In this document: piece by piece, positions 18,373-26,598 of the stretch
Layout of the letters: each line of letters begins with the position of its first letter
How positions within the stretch are numbered: position 1 is the first letter of the stretch
Assembly: GCA_964589775.1 (NCBI GenBank)
Contig: CAZPUN010000027.1
Location: forward strand, 1-32,000
Direction of reading: 5' to 3'
DNA from: an uncultured archaeon
Lineage (GTDB): Archaea > Asgardarchaeota > Thorarchaeia > Thorarchaeales > CAZPUN01
Length of the DNA stretch: 32,000 bases
Translations under genes and position numbers: made by a program
Notes under the pieces: generated by a model
Databases searched by the model: none
Told to the model about the DNA's origin: nothing
The model's input: the letters and a program-made list of their open reading frames with translations, nothing else

Positions 18373-20046
18373 ATGAAGCGGCATCATACCATAATCATAT
18401 TAATTTCATTACTGATAGTTTCTATTCCCCCAAGTATAAATGCACGCCCTGCACAAGCTTGGGGATTACCGGTGCATATGTACTTTGTAGAAAAAGCGAC
18501 GGCAAACTTGCCTAATGCTACATGGCGAAATGCATTTCTCTGGTATATGAGTGAATTAAAGACTGGTTCAACAACACCAGATCAAGTATTTCAAGATTGG
18601 CCAAATCATCTCTATTATATTCCACACACCGATAATTCTACCACTGCGGATATTGCAGTAAATCGTTGGTATAACTTTGTTGTGAATAACTTTTCACAAG
18701 GTAATTGGAAAGATGGATTTTTTGCAGCAGGAGTAATGTCACACTATTTCACGGATATCAATATCCCTGTGCATACTGGACCATATTGGGAAGGTCATCC
18801 TGCATATGAAAAAGACATTAATAACCATCTAAGTGAATTTGAAGTAACTCTTCAGCCTCCTGCTCTCGTAACTAATATCACCGATTTTGTGATTCAACAT
18901 GCAACATGGGCGCACGAATATTATTCACTTATCCATGAAGCCTACCCATCTTCTAGTTCTGTAGCACTATCAACAAATCAAACCATATGGAATATTACCG
19001 AACTCCAAATGTCTCGCGCAATTAATGGATTAACCTCTCTATGGTATACTATTATTCACAATATTAATGCTCCTGAATTACCCGAAATTCAAATAAAATA
19101 TACTGCATTAATCGATAATTATCATAATAATGACTATAGTGATAGTCAACTGAGCTCATTATCTTCACAGCTACCTCGCTGGGGCATTGATGTTGTAATG
19201 GCAAATGGGCCACTCACTGAGGCTATACTAAGTGATGATATCGACTTGCTTATATTGACCTGCCCGTATTCAGAAATCAATTCTACGGAACAGCAAGCAA
19301 TTGCAAATTGGTTATCCGGTTCAAATCATAGTATAATTCTCACGAGTCGTGGTGATTATTACAATACATCCTATGCTCGCAGAGATATTTTGAATCAAAT
19401 TCTTGAAAAGATCAATTCTACAATACGTGTCAATGATGATAGTGTATATGAACAGAATACCTATCGAGATTGGTACGTTGAACTTGAAAATATCAAGCCA
19501 CCTTCTGAAACATTAAATATTACCGCAGGTGTAAATACATTCTTCATGTTTGCGCCTTCCAGTATTTACTATCTTCCTGGATCTAGCGCAACTACAGTAA
19601 TGACTGGGGATCCTACTTGTTATCAATTAGATCAGAATCCGCCTCCAATTAATACTACATATGACACAACGAAGGATAATTCTGGTGGAGATAGTATTCC
19701 TTTAGTTGGTGTTGAAAAGGTTGAAAATTACAAGATTGCCGTAGCAGGTACGACATTTTTCTCAGATTTTGATTTCGGTAAGTCTAATGATTTCGATAAT
19801 GTAGTATTTCTAAAGAACATTTTCGGATGGCTATTAAACACACAATTGGTAGATGTTTCTGAACCAACTTCATCGACATCTAGCTCGTCTTCTAGTCCCT
19901 CATCTACTTCATCACAAACTGGGTCTTCAAGTACAAATACCAACACTAACCTATTTCCAGTTGATCCACTTTATATAGAAATAGGCGCTATTGCAGGAAT
20001 AGCATTAATTGCAATAGTTGTTATAATATATAAAAAGAGAGGCTAA
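18373..20046 (+). CDS. Secreted, C-terminally anchored protein: Zn-dependent phospholipase C/P1-nuclease domain + GIFT/DUF4350-like domain
   Basis: Signal peptide AQA then WGLPVH (Trp1...His Zn ligands), GSTTPD, NH, GVMSHYFTDINIPVH, HPAYE. Then ALIDNYHNN...DLLILTCP...FFSDFD...DNVVFLKNIFGWL, a Ser/Thr linker, and a TM helix followed by KKRG. Confidence 0.82.
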   Translation: MKRHHTIIILISLLIVSIPPSINARPAQAWGLPVHMYFVEKATANLPNATWRNAFLWYMSELKTGSTTPDQVFQDWPNHLYYIPHTDNSTTADIAVNRWYNFVVNNFSQGNWKDGFFAAGVMSHYFTDINIPVHTGPYWEGHPAYEKDINNHLSEFEVTLQPPALVTNITDFVIQHATWAHEYYSLIHEAYPSSSSVALSTNQTIWNITELQMSRAINGLTSLWYTIIHNINAPELPEIQIKYTALIDNYHNNDYSDSQLSSLSSQLPRWGIDVVMANGPLTEAILSDDIDLLILTCPYSEINSTEQQAIANWLSGSNHSIILTSRGDYYNTSYARRDILNQILEKINSTIRVNDDSVYEQNTYRDWYVELENIKPPSETLNITAGVNTFFMFAPSSIYYLPGSSATTVMTGDPTCYQLDQNPPPINTTYDTTKDNSGGDSIPLVGVEKVENYKIAVAGTTFFSDFDFGKSNDFDNVVFLKNIFGWLLNTQLVDVSEPTSSTSSSSSSPSSTSSQTGSSSTNTNTNLFPVDPLYIEIGAIAGIALIAIVVIIYKKRG

Positions 20047-20067
20047 ACTGCCTCATTCTCTTATTTT

Positions 20068-21138
20068 TTAGAAATTACGTGTGATCATAAAATCATTTAG
20101 AGCTTTGAAGAATTCTACATACTCGTCTTTTATTTTAGGTTCAGCCCTATCTAAAGCTTCCATAGCTTCTTTGTTTAGGCGTTTTCCTAATTCTGTTGCA
20201 AACTCTAATGCGCCAGTTTGTCTGAACACTTCTCGAACTTGTTCGACTTGCTCTGGTGTTGCTTCTCGATGTCCTAAAATAGTATCCAAAATTTTCTTCT
20301 GTTCATCATTTGCTTTCTCATATGCACGAATTACAAGTATTGTTCGTTTGCCTTCTTTTATATCTCCATCTGCTGGTTTTCCAGTGACTTTTATATCTCC
20401 AAATGTGCCCAATATATCATCTTGGATTTGAAAAGCTTCTCCGGTCTTAATTGCATATTCACTTAATGCTTCAAGTTGGCTTTCTGATGCTCCTCCAAGT
20501 GTGGCACCCATTAAAATGGATTTTTCGAAAAGGCTTGCAGTCTTTCCTTCAATCATTTTTATGTATGTATCAACTGTAACATTTGGTTCCCAAATCATCA
20601 TAGTTTCTAAAAATACGCCGTCGATTAATTGGTTGAATGCGAGCGAATAATATCTATGCAATTTAACAAGTAGTTCCGGTGCAAATCCCGATGTGGATAT
20701 AGCTTCATTTCCAAGATTAATGAGTGAATCGCCTCCAAGAATTCCCATTTCCGATCCAAAATCAACTGCTTTTTTGGGGTCCACATTATCCTTAAACCAA
20801 TCGCGGTATTTTGCATGGAAGGTTGGTCCGCCTCTTCGGAATTCATCATGATCAATTAAGTCATCATGAAGTAAGCTTCCATTATGTAATAGTTCAACTG
20901 AAATTGCAGCCCGATACAAATTTCCTTTATTCTTTGCTCCAACAGCATGATATGCATGTACAAAAACAGTCGGGCGAAGTCTCTTGCCACCGCGGCTTAA
21001 ATATTCAAGAATGTTATCATAATACTCGACATGCCATTTACTATATTGTTTTCCGTGTTCTTTTTTCTCTTCCATGAATCTTTTCAATTCTTCATTAATG
21101 GGCACAATCTCTGACTTCAACAACTTTTCGAAATCCAT
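20068..21138 (-). CDS. Trans-isoprenyl diphosphate synthase (GGPP synthase/IdsA family)
   Basis: GGKRLRP, first Asp-rich motif LLHDDLID..RRG, GKTA, second motif FQIQDDILG, DIKEGKRT. Confidence 0.95.
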   Translation of the reverse strand: MDFEKLLKSEIVPINEELKRFMEEKKEHGKQYSKWHVEYYDNILEYLSRGGKRLRPTVFVHAYHAVGAKNKGNLYRAAISVELLHNGSLLHDDLIDHDEFRRGGPTFHAKYRDWFKDNVDPKKAVDFGSEMGILGGDSLINLGNEAISTSGFAPELLVKLHRYYSLAFNQLIDGVFLETMMIWEPNVTVDTYIKMIEGKTASLFEKSILMGATLGGASESQLEALSEYAIKTGEAFQIQDDILGTFGDIKVTGKPADGDIKEGKRTILVIRAYEKANDEQKKILDTILGHREATPEQVEQVREVFRQTGALEFATELGKRLNKEAMEALDRAEPKIKDEYVEFFKALNDFMITRNF

Positions 21139-21273
21139 AATTAAGACCTCACGTCTACTAATACCAATCGAAATAACTCTTTTCTGACTATATATATTTA
21201 TTGAAATAAAAATAGAACATTTTAGAAAATGTTTGTTTTTAAAGAATAAAAAATAGGTGAGATATGAGAAATC

Positions 21274-22914
21274 TCACTCAAGTGCTTCGCGTACGGAATC
21301 CTTTTCTACTTCAGTTAGTTTCTTCTTAGATGCGAGCCATTCTTTAATGCTGACTGAGAATTTCTCTTCAACGCGAGGTCTGTGAATTGTGTTCATTGTG
21401 CAGAATGGAATAATTCTTCCATCGGGAATTCCGTAGTTAATATCACAGTGCTGTACGCGCTCTAAATCAATATTATATGGGTCCTGGAAGTGCATTGCGC
21501 TAACCATGATAACTCTTTGCATAAATTCAGCAAGTGAGTCATAATCACCTCTGTTGAAGAATGCATTAAGTAGATCCTTTAAGATTCCCTTCTTCTTGAA
21601 GTGTCTGATTGAACCGGCGATTCTGAACTTGGCTTTCATACGTGATATTCTACCGCCATTTACAAGGTCATTGTTGATTCCTTCAAGAGTCTTAAGGAAG
21701 TTATCTACATTGATGTATTTTGTAATTGGTTCATAGTCCTTGCCATCTTCGTCCATAATGATGAATGTTGCAGCACCGCATGCTGGATGGCATGATAATT
21801 CAAGCTGTGGGCGGCCCTTCAAGAGACCTAATACACGACCAATTGGGAGCATTGCAGGAACTGGATACCAGTCATGTGGCTTGATCCGGCCGTCTGTTTG
21901 CTCATCCATTAGGTGGATCAAGTCAGGAATTGTTATTCTCATATTATTTCGTTCTTCACGATTGATTCTTCCAGTTATACTAACAGGCTGGAAGTTAACT
22001 CCACGTACAACATCTCGGTTTTCAACAGCAAAATTAATGATGTCACCAACTTGGTCATCATTTAAGCCACGGACAAGTGTGGGTACAAGAACAATACTGT
22101 TCAATCCTGCTTTTCGAGCGTTTTCAATCGCTTGTAATTTCTTCGGTAATAAGTCTTCACCACGAGCTGCAATGTATGGTTCAGGGGTTAGACCATCAAA
22201 TTGCATGTATAGTGTACTAAGCCCAGCTTCTTTTAGTTTCTTTGCATATTTCAGGCTATTTGCGATTCTAATTGCATTAGTTGCGATTTCAACGTGTTTA
22301 AATCCTAATTCCTTTGCCCATTTAATATATTGTGGCAAGTGCTCGCTTACAGTTGGTTCTCCACCTGCAAACTGAACAGCTGGTGCAGGTACAGGACGAT
22401 TTGCTCGTAGGTTCTTTAGAATTTCATAAATTTGTTCGGGAGTTGGTTCATAGACGGTACCCGAATGAGCTGCATTTGCAAAACAGATTGGACATCTTAA
22501 GTTGCACCTGTTTGTAATATCAATAAGTGCAAGTGCAGTGTGGCTCTTATGGAATGGACATAAACCACAGTCTTCCGGACAACCTTTGACAATTTTCGTT
22601 CGTGGATTATCAAGACCAATGCTCTTATACCAGTATTTAAAGGCGCGTTCAAGTAATTTTGCATCGCCCCAATATACATCTACAGTTTCGCCATGTACCG
22701 GGCATGTCTTCTTTAGCATAGCTTTGCCATTCTCTTCATAAACTGTCATTTTGATAACGCGGACTTCGTTATTTTCAAGTAAACATTGATCGCAAATAGA
22801 TTCAGTTTCAAATGGCAGCTTGCGTTCTGGATACTTTTTCAAAATATATCTGGCTCTTTCTTCCTTTGTGCTGCCATGGGTGATTTTATCTTCAGGTACT
22901 AGTACATCTGTCAT
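21274..22914 (-). CDS. tes: Tetraether lipid synthase (GDGT-MAS/Tes, MJ0619 family radical SAM enzyme)
   Basis: N-terminal CDQC...CPVH, GCPEDCGLCPFH, radical SAM CNLRCPIC, GGEPT, CHPACG, MHFQDPYNIDLERVQHC...DGRIIPFC. Confidence 0.88.
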   Translation of the reverse strand: MTDVLVPEDKITHGSTKEERARYILKKYPERKLPFETESICDQCLLENNEVRVIKMTVYEENGKAMLKKTCPVHGETVDVYWGDAKLLERAFKYWYKSIGLDNPRTKIVKGCPEDCGLCPFHKSHTALALIDITNRCNLRCPICFANAAHSGTVYEPTPEQIYEILKNLRANRPVPAPAVQFAGGEPTVSEHLPQYIKWAKELGFKHVEIATNAIRIANSLKYAKKLKEAGLSTLYMQFDGLTPEPYIAARGEDLLPKKLQAIENARKAGLNSIVLVPTLVRGLNDDQVGDIINFAVENRDVVRGVNFQPVSITGRINREERNNMRITIPDLIHLMDEQTDGRIKPHDWYPVPAMLPIGRVLGLLKGRPQLELSCHPACGAATFIIMDEDGKDYEPITKYINVDNFLKTLEGINNDLVNGGRISRMKAKFRIAGSIRHFKKKGILKDLLNAFFNRGDYDSLAEFMQRVIMVSAMHFQDPYNIDLERVQHCDINYGIPDGRIIPFCTMNTIHRPRVEEKFSVSIKEWLASKKKLTEVEKDSVREALE

Positions 22915-23123
22915 TTATTTCACCTTAATCATAAATCATTATCTTATTACCATTATCAGTGGTAAGTTATTAATTTTCAATTAACTTTTAATTATATAAG
23001 GATTTTCCGAAGTATCATATTTTGAGAAGTGAAATATGGCAAAAATTTTCTACTTGTATATCAATAAATTAAATAGCATAAGGCAAAAACAACGTCATAA
23101 GCATTTAATAGGAGATACTTGGA

Positions 23124-24674
23124 TTGGAACGAATAATCGTTATCGATTTCGGAGGACAATATACCCATTTAATTGCTCGAAGAATCCGCGAGCTCGGAAC
23201 ATATAGTGAGATACTCCCTGCATCACGTGGGCTTGACAAATTAAATATGGATGGTGTAATTGGGTTCATACTATCTGGAGGTCCACGTAGTGTCAAAAAT
23301 AGTAATAGTATAAATGATGAAATTCAAATTGTAAATACGCTTCAAAAGATTGGATTACCTGTTTTAGGCATTTGTTATGGTCATCAATTGCTTAGTCTTG
23401 CCTTAGGTGGTAAAGTAGAAAGTGGCAAACTGCGAGAATATGGTAAAACTGTCGCACAAATTGTGCCACAAGATATTTTTGAAGGCTTGAAAAATCATGA
23501 AGTCGTTTGGATGAGCCACACAGATCTTGTATCAAATCCTCCTGAAAATGCTGAGATACTGGCAAAGACAGAATCCTGTCCTATAGCTGCTTTGAAATAT
23601 AATGTCGCAAATTGGTATTCGACACAGTTTCATCCGGAGGTTCATCATACTGAATCTGGGATGAAAATACTTGAAAACTTCCTACGTAAGATATGTCGTG
23701 CGAAGGAGCATTGGGATCCTGGTGATATAATTGAACAGATTAAAACTGCAGTTAAACGTGAAATTGGTTCTTCAAATGTAATTATGGCCGTTAGTGGTGG
23801 TGTTGATTCTACTGTTGCTTCGTATATTTTGCATTTGGTATCTCCTGACAATCTTTATTGTATCTTTGTTGATAATGGGTTATTACGAAAAAACGAAGCA
23901 GAAGAAGTCAAACAATTCTATGAAAAGTTTGGATTTAAGCATTTTATGATGATTGATGCTTCTAAAGAATTTTTGGATATGTTGAAAGGAATAACGGATC
24001 CTGAAGAGAAGCGTAAAGTTATTGCGGAGACATTCATCCGCGTATTCGAACGTGAAGCAAACAATCTTTCTAAAAAGGGTATAAATATTGAATTTTTAGG
24101 GCAGGGTACAATCTATCCAGACCGTATCGAATCTGCTGGAACCGGAGAAAAAAGTGCAAAGATAAAAAGTCATCATAATGTTGCATTACCTGACTGGTTA
24201 AATCTCAAGGTCGTTGAGCCTCTTAAAGATCTTTATAAAGATGAAGTAAAAGAACTTGCAAAAAAGCTGGGATTACCTGAAACACTTATCAATCGCCAAC
24301 CGTTTCCCGGTCCTTCACTAGCTATACGTATTATTGGTGAAGTTACCGAAGAACGATTATCTATACTACGGGAAGCTGACGCAATTGTTAGAGAATATAT
24401 AGACCGCTCGGATATTCGCAATCAATTATGGCAGTATTTTGCGGTTTTATTACCAATTTCCAGCGTAGGTGTAATGGGTGATTCCAGAACATATGAACAT
24501 ACAATTGCAATCCGCATAGTTGAGAGTAAAGATGGTATGACTGCAAATTTTGCAAAAATTGATTGGGATCTTCTTGAAAAGATTGCGTCTGAGATTGTAA
24601 ACCGAGTTCACGGTATAAACCGAGTCGTATACGATATTACTAATAAACCTCCTGCAACTATTGAGTGGGAATAA
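23124..24674 (+). CDS. guaA: GMP synthase (glutamine-hydrolysing), fused GATase + ATP pyrophosphatase
   Basis: Motifs DFGGQYTHLIARR, GICYGHQ, QFHPEV, SGGVDS, QGTIYPD, KSHHN, PFPGP, YDITNKPPATIEWE. Confidence 0.97.
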   Translation: MERIIVIDFGGQYTHLIARRIRELGTYSEILPASRGLDKLNMDGVIGFILSGGPRSVKNSNSINDEIQIVNTLQKIGLPVLGICYGHQLLSLALGGKVESGKLREYGKTVAQIVPQDIFEGLKNHEVVWMSHTDLVSNPPENAEILAKTESCPIAALKYNVANWYSTQFHPEVHHTESGMKILENFLRKICRAKEHWDPGDIIEQIKTAVKREIGSSNVIMAVSGGVDSTVASYILHLVSPDNLYCIFVDNGLLRKNEAEEVKQFYEKFGFKHFMMIDASKEFLDMLKGITDPEEKRKVIAETFIRVFEREANNLSKKGINIEFLGQGTIYPDRIESAGTGEKSAKIKSHHNVALPDWLNLKVVEPLKDLYKDEVKELAKKLGLPETLINRQPFPGPSLAIRIIGEVTEERLSILREADAIVREYIDRSDIRNQLWQYFAVLLPISSVGVMGDSRTYEHTIAIRIVESKDGMTANFAKIDWDLLEKIASEIVNRVHGINRVVYDITNKPPATIEWE

Positions 24675-24691
24675 AAAATAAGAGGGAGATT

Positions 24692-25420
24692 TCAAATCTT
24701 CGGGAATTCTCCTCTTTCAAATTTTTTTACGAAATCTACCAACTCATTTATAGCTGCTTCGACTATTACTGTACCTTTTGCTGGACTTGCTTTTGTTGGA
24801 TCTCCATACATACCATCTTTAAGCTGTTTACTTCTTAGTTTTGATGAATAGAAACTAAATTCAAAATGCGGTCTCCATGCAACGGCTTTGCTCAAATCTA
24901 CAAGGTCCGGTCGCACTGCCATGACTTCTGAGGTCTCGTCTTCCGCCGCATGGCCTTCTTGAGTTTCTAAAACTTTCTTGCGTGCGTCTTTTCCAAGATC
25001 TAACCACCAGTTTATTACTACAATTATTGCATCGTTTCCTTCGCACGCTTCTTCTGCGGCAGCTCTAATATGTCCTGCATTACCTCCATGTCCATTTAGT
25101 ACTATAATTTTCTTGATTCCATTTGCTATTATTGCTCGTAAGACTTCAGTATAGAAGTTACGAAGTGTATCTGGCGATATAGAGATCGTGCCCGGAAAAT
25201 CTTTGAAATGCCAGGAATCGCCAAATGGTATAGGCGGAAGAACTAAAGCGTCTGTTTTTTCTGCCACAACTTTAGAAATCTCAGTCGGTAACAACATATC
25301 TGTAAAAAGTGGAAGGTGCTTTCCGTGTGCCTCTAATGAACCACATGGCAGAATTGCAACGCTATTTTCATTCCTTAAGTCATCAAATTTTGGTGAAGAT
25401 AATTCTCCCCATAATGGCAT
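24692..25420 (-). CDS. Creatininase-family amidohydrolase
   Basis: Motifs GSLEAHGKHLP..D, HFKDFPGTIS, NGHGGN, GHAAEDETS, GDPTKAS..KG. Confidence 0.92.
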   Translation of the reverse strand: MPLWGELSSPKFDDLRNENSVAILPCGSLEAHGKHLPLFTDMLLPTEISKVVAEKTDALVLPPIPFGDSWHFKDFPGTISISPDTLRNFYTEVLRAIIANGIKKIIVLNGHGGNAGHIRAAAEEACEGNDAIIVVINWWLDLGKDARKKVLETQEGHAAEDETSEVMAVRPDLVDLSKAVAWRPHFEFSFYSSKLRSKQLKDGMYGDPTKASPAKGTVIVEAAINELVDFVKKFERGEFPKI

Positions 25421-25548
25421 ATTCTCACTTCCTTATTTTGCGCCAAATATTTAATGTCTATCAGACTTAATACATGTTTTTTTGTGTGTGTTTTTTTGCA
25501 AATCATAAAGTTTATGTATGTATGTTTCATCTCTGTTTATTAGTAAAT

Positions 25549-25642
25549 AGCCCGGTGGTGTAGTGGTCAGGGTAAATTCCCCACAAAAGCATTTGGGACT
25601 CTGGATCCCGAGACCCAGGTTCGAATCCTGGCCGGGCTACCA
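25549..25642 (+). tRNA. tRNA-Gln(CTG) with an 18-nt non-canonical D-loop intron (25569-25586) and encoded CCA
   Basis: Acceptor stem AGCCCGG/CCGGGCT followed by A-CCA; anticodon CTG at 25601-25603; T-arm CCAGG-TTCGAAT-CCTGG. Removing AGGGTAAATTCCCCACAA restores the D-arm GTGT-AGTGGTCAA-GCAT. Confidence 0.95.
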
Positions 25643-25727
25643 TTTATGCCTAATTTTCATTTAACTATTAGTGGTTAGTGAGAATTAGGTCAAAAAAAAG
25701 TAGTATTAAAAAAACAATAACAACAAG

Positions 25728-25792
25728 GGAGCCCTGTGTGACCTTTTTGCCGGGAGGCCACTTAGGTTCACTAAGCGTGAACACAGGACTCC
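25728..25792 (-). ncRNA. Candidate 65-nt structured small RNA (three-way junction), family unknown
   Basis: Minus-strand fold: 12-bp closing stem GGAGUCCUGUGU/ACACAGGGCUCC, plus hairpins GCUUAG-UGAAC-CUAAGU and GGCCU-CCCGGCAAAA-AGGUC. All three imperfect pairs are G-U on the minus strand and A-C mismatches on the plus strand. Confidence 0.65.
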
Positions 25793-25814
25793 ATATAATA
25801 TTTTATATAAATGC

Positions 25815-25830
25815 TTTTAAAATCTTTTGG
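25815..25830 (-). promoter_or_regulatory. Putative BRE-TATA promoter for the 65-nt RNA
   Basis: Minus strand reads CCAAAAGA-TTTTAAAA, with the TATA-like box 23-30 nt upstream of G25792. The AT-rich background limits certainty. Confidence 0.45.
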
Positions 25831-25944
25831 CTTTTAGCAACTAAATTGTTAAAAAAAGTATATATGTGGATAATTCTTCTACACAAATGTAATATGATTA
25901 TGCTGAACAATGTATATTTTTTAAAAGGTAATAGAAATAGCAAG

Positions 25945-26280
25945 TTAGGATTGGTTTTGTAATTCGCGCATACGTCTTTCGCGTTCGCGCATTAATTTTT
26001 CGTAGACTTTTTGAAGTTTTTCTCGTGTCATTGCTCCCAGATACACCTTTACATCATCTACGCCATCTAATGATAAAACGCGTTCTCGTGCATCGTTTGC
26101 AATATAGCTTGCTAGAGGACAACCAGGAACTGTAAGATCTATTGTTAACTCAACTTTGTTTCCATCAATTTTTATATCTCTTACCATTTCTAGAAAAACA
26201 ATGTCGGCTCCAATTTCTGGATCTACTACGTTTTTTAGAACTTCAATAATTTCCTGTTCGGAGACCATAATCTGCACCAT
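25945..26280 (-). CDS. DUF59 (SufT/MIP18/PaaD-like) Fe-S assembly protein
   Basis: Motifs VVDPEIGADIVFLEMV and LTVPGCPLA. Confidence 0.9.
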   Translation of the reverse strand: MVQIMVSEQEIIEVLKNVVDPEIGADIVFLEMVRDIKIDGNKVELTIDLTVPGCPLASYIANDARERVLSLDGVDDVKVYLGAMTREKLQKVYEKLMRERERRMRELQNQS

Positions 26281-26598
26281 TCATTCTTTTATTTGTATAA
26301 AAGGTTCGTTAGCATGTATTAAAGTTATTCGATAGATACAGATTGTATATTTTTTTAATATTATTTGTACTACGCATGAATATTATTTAATTTGTCTAGA
26401 TATATGTTAAAATTTTTATAGATATTTCAATTGGAAAAATATAAAAGAATTTGTAGTTTCCATTTCATAATCCTTAAATAATACTGCATAGTGGTTTGAA
26501 CGTAATAATATAATGAGAACAAGTCATGACAAATTAAATGACAAATAGTTTTGACGCGTTCGCCATTTGGATTATTAAGTTTAAGTTGAACATAAAAG

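Noticed and set aside
19864-19950. Low-complexity TCA/TCT-rich stretch
   Set aside because: It encodes an ordinary Ser/Thr linker before a membrane anchor.
21740-22375. 211-aa plus-strand ORF, and the many other short ORFs antisense to long genes
   Set aside because: They are shadow frames opposite well-supported genes such as tes, and carry no motifs.
21274-22914. Methanopterin methyltransferase annotation for the radical SAM gene
   Set aside because: This is the legacy annotation of the MJ0619 family, which has since been shown to be the tetraether synthase. The prenyl synthase neighbour fits a lipid role.
25728-25792. Split or permuted tRNA half, or intrinsic terminator
   Set aside because: There is no T-loop, anticodon arm or complementary leader. 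A branched fold with its own apparent promoter is more than a terminator needs.
25678-25962. 94-aa ORF over the intergenic region
   Set aside because: It has no recognisable features, and the region is better explained by the structured RNA and AT-rich promoter DNA.
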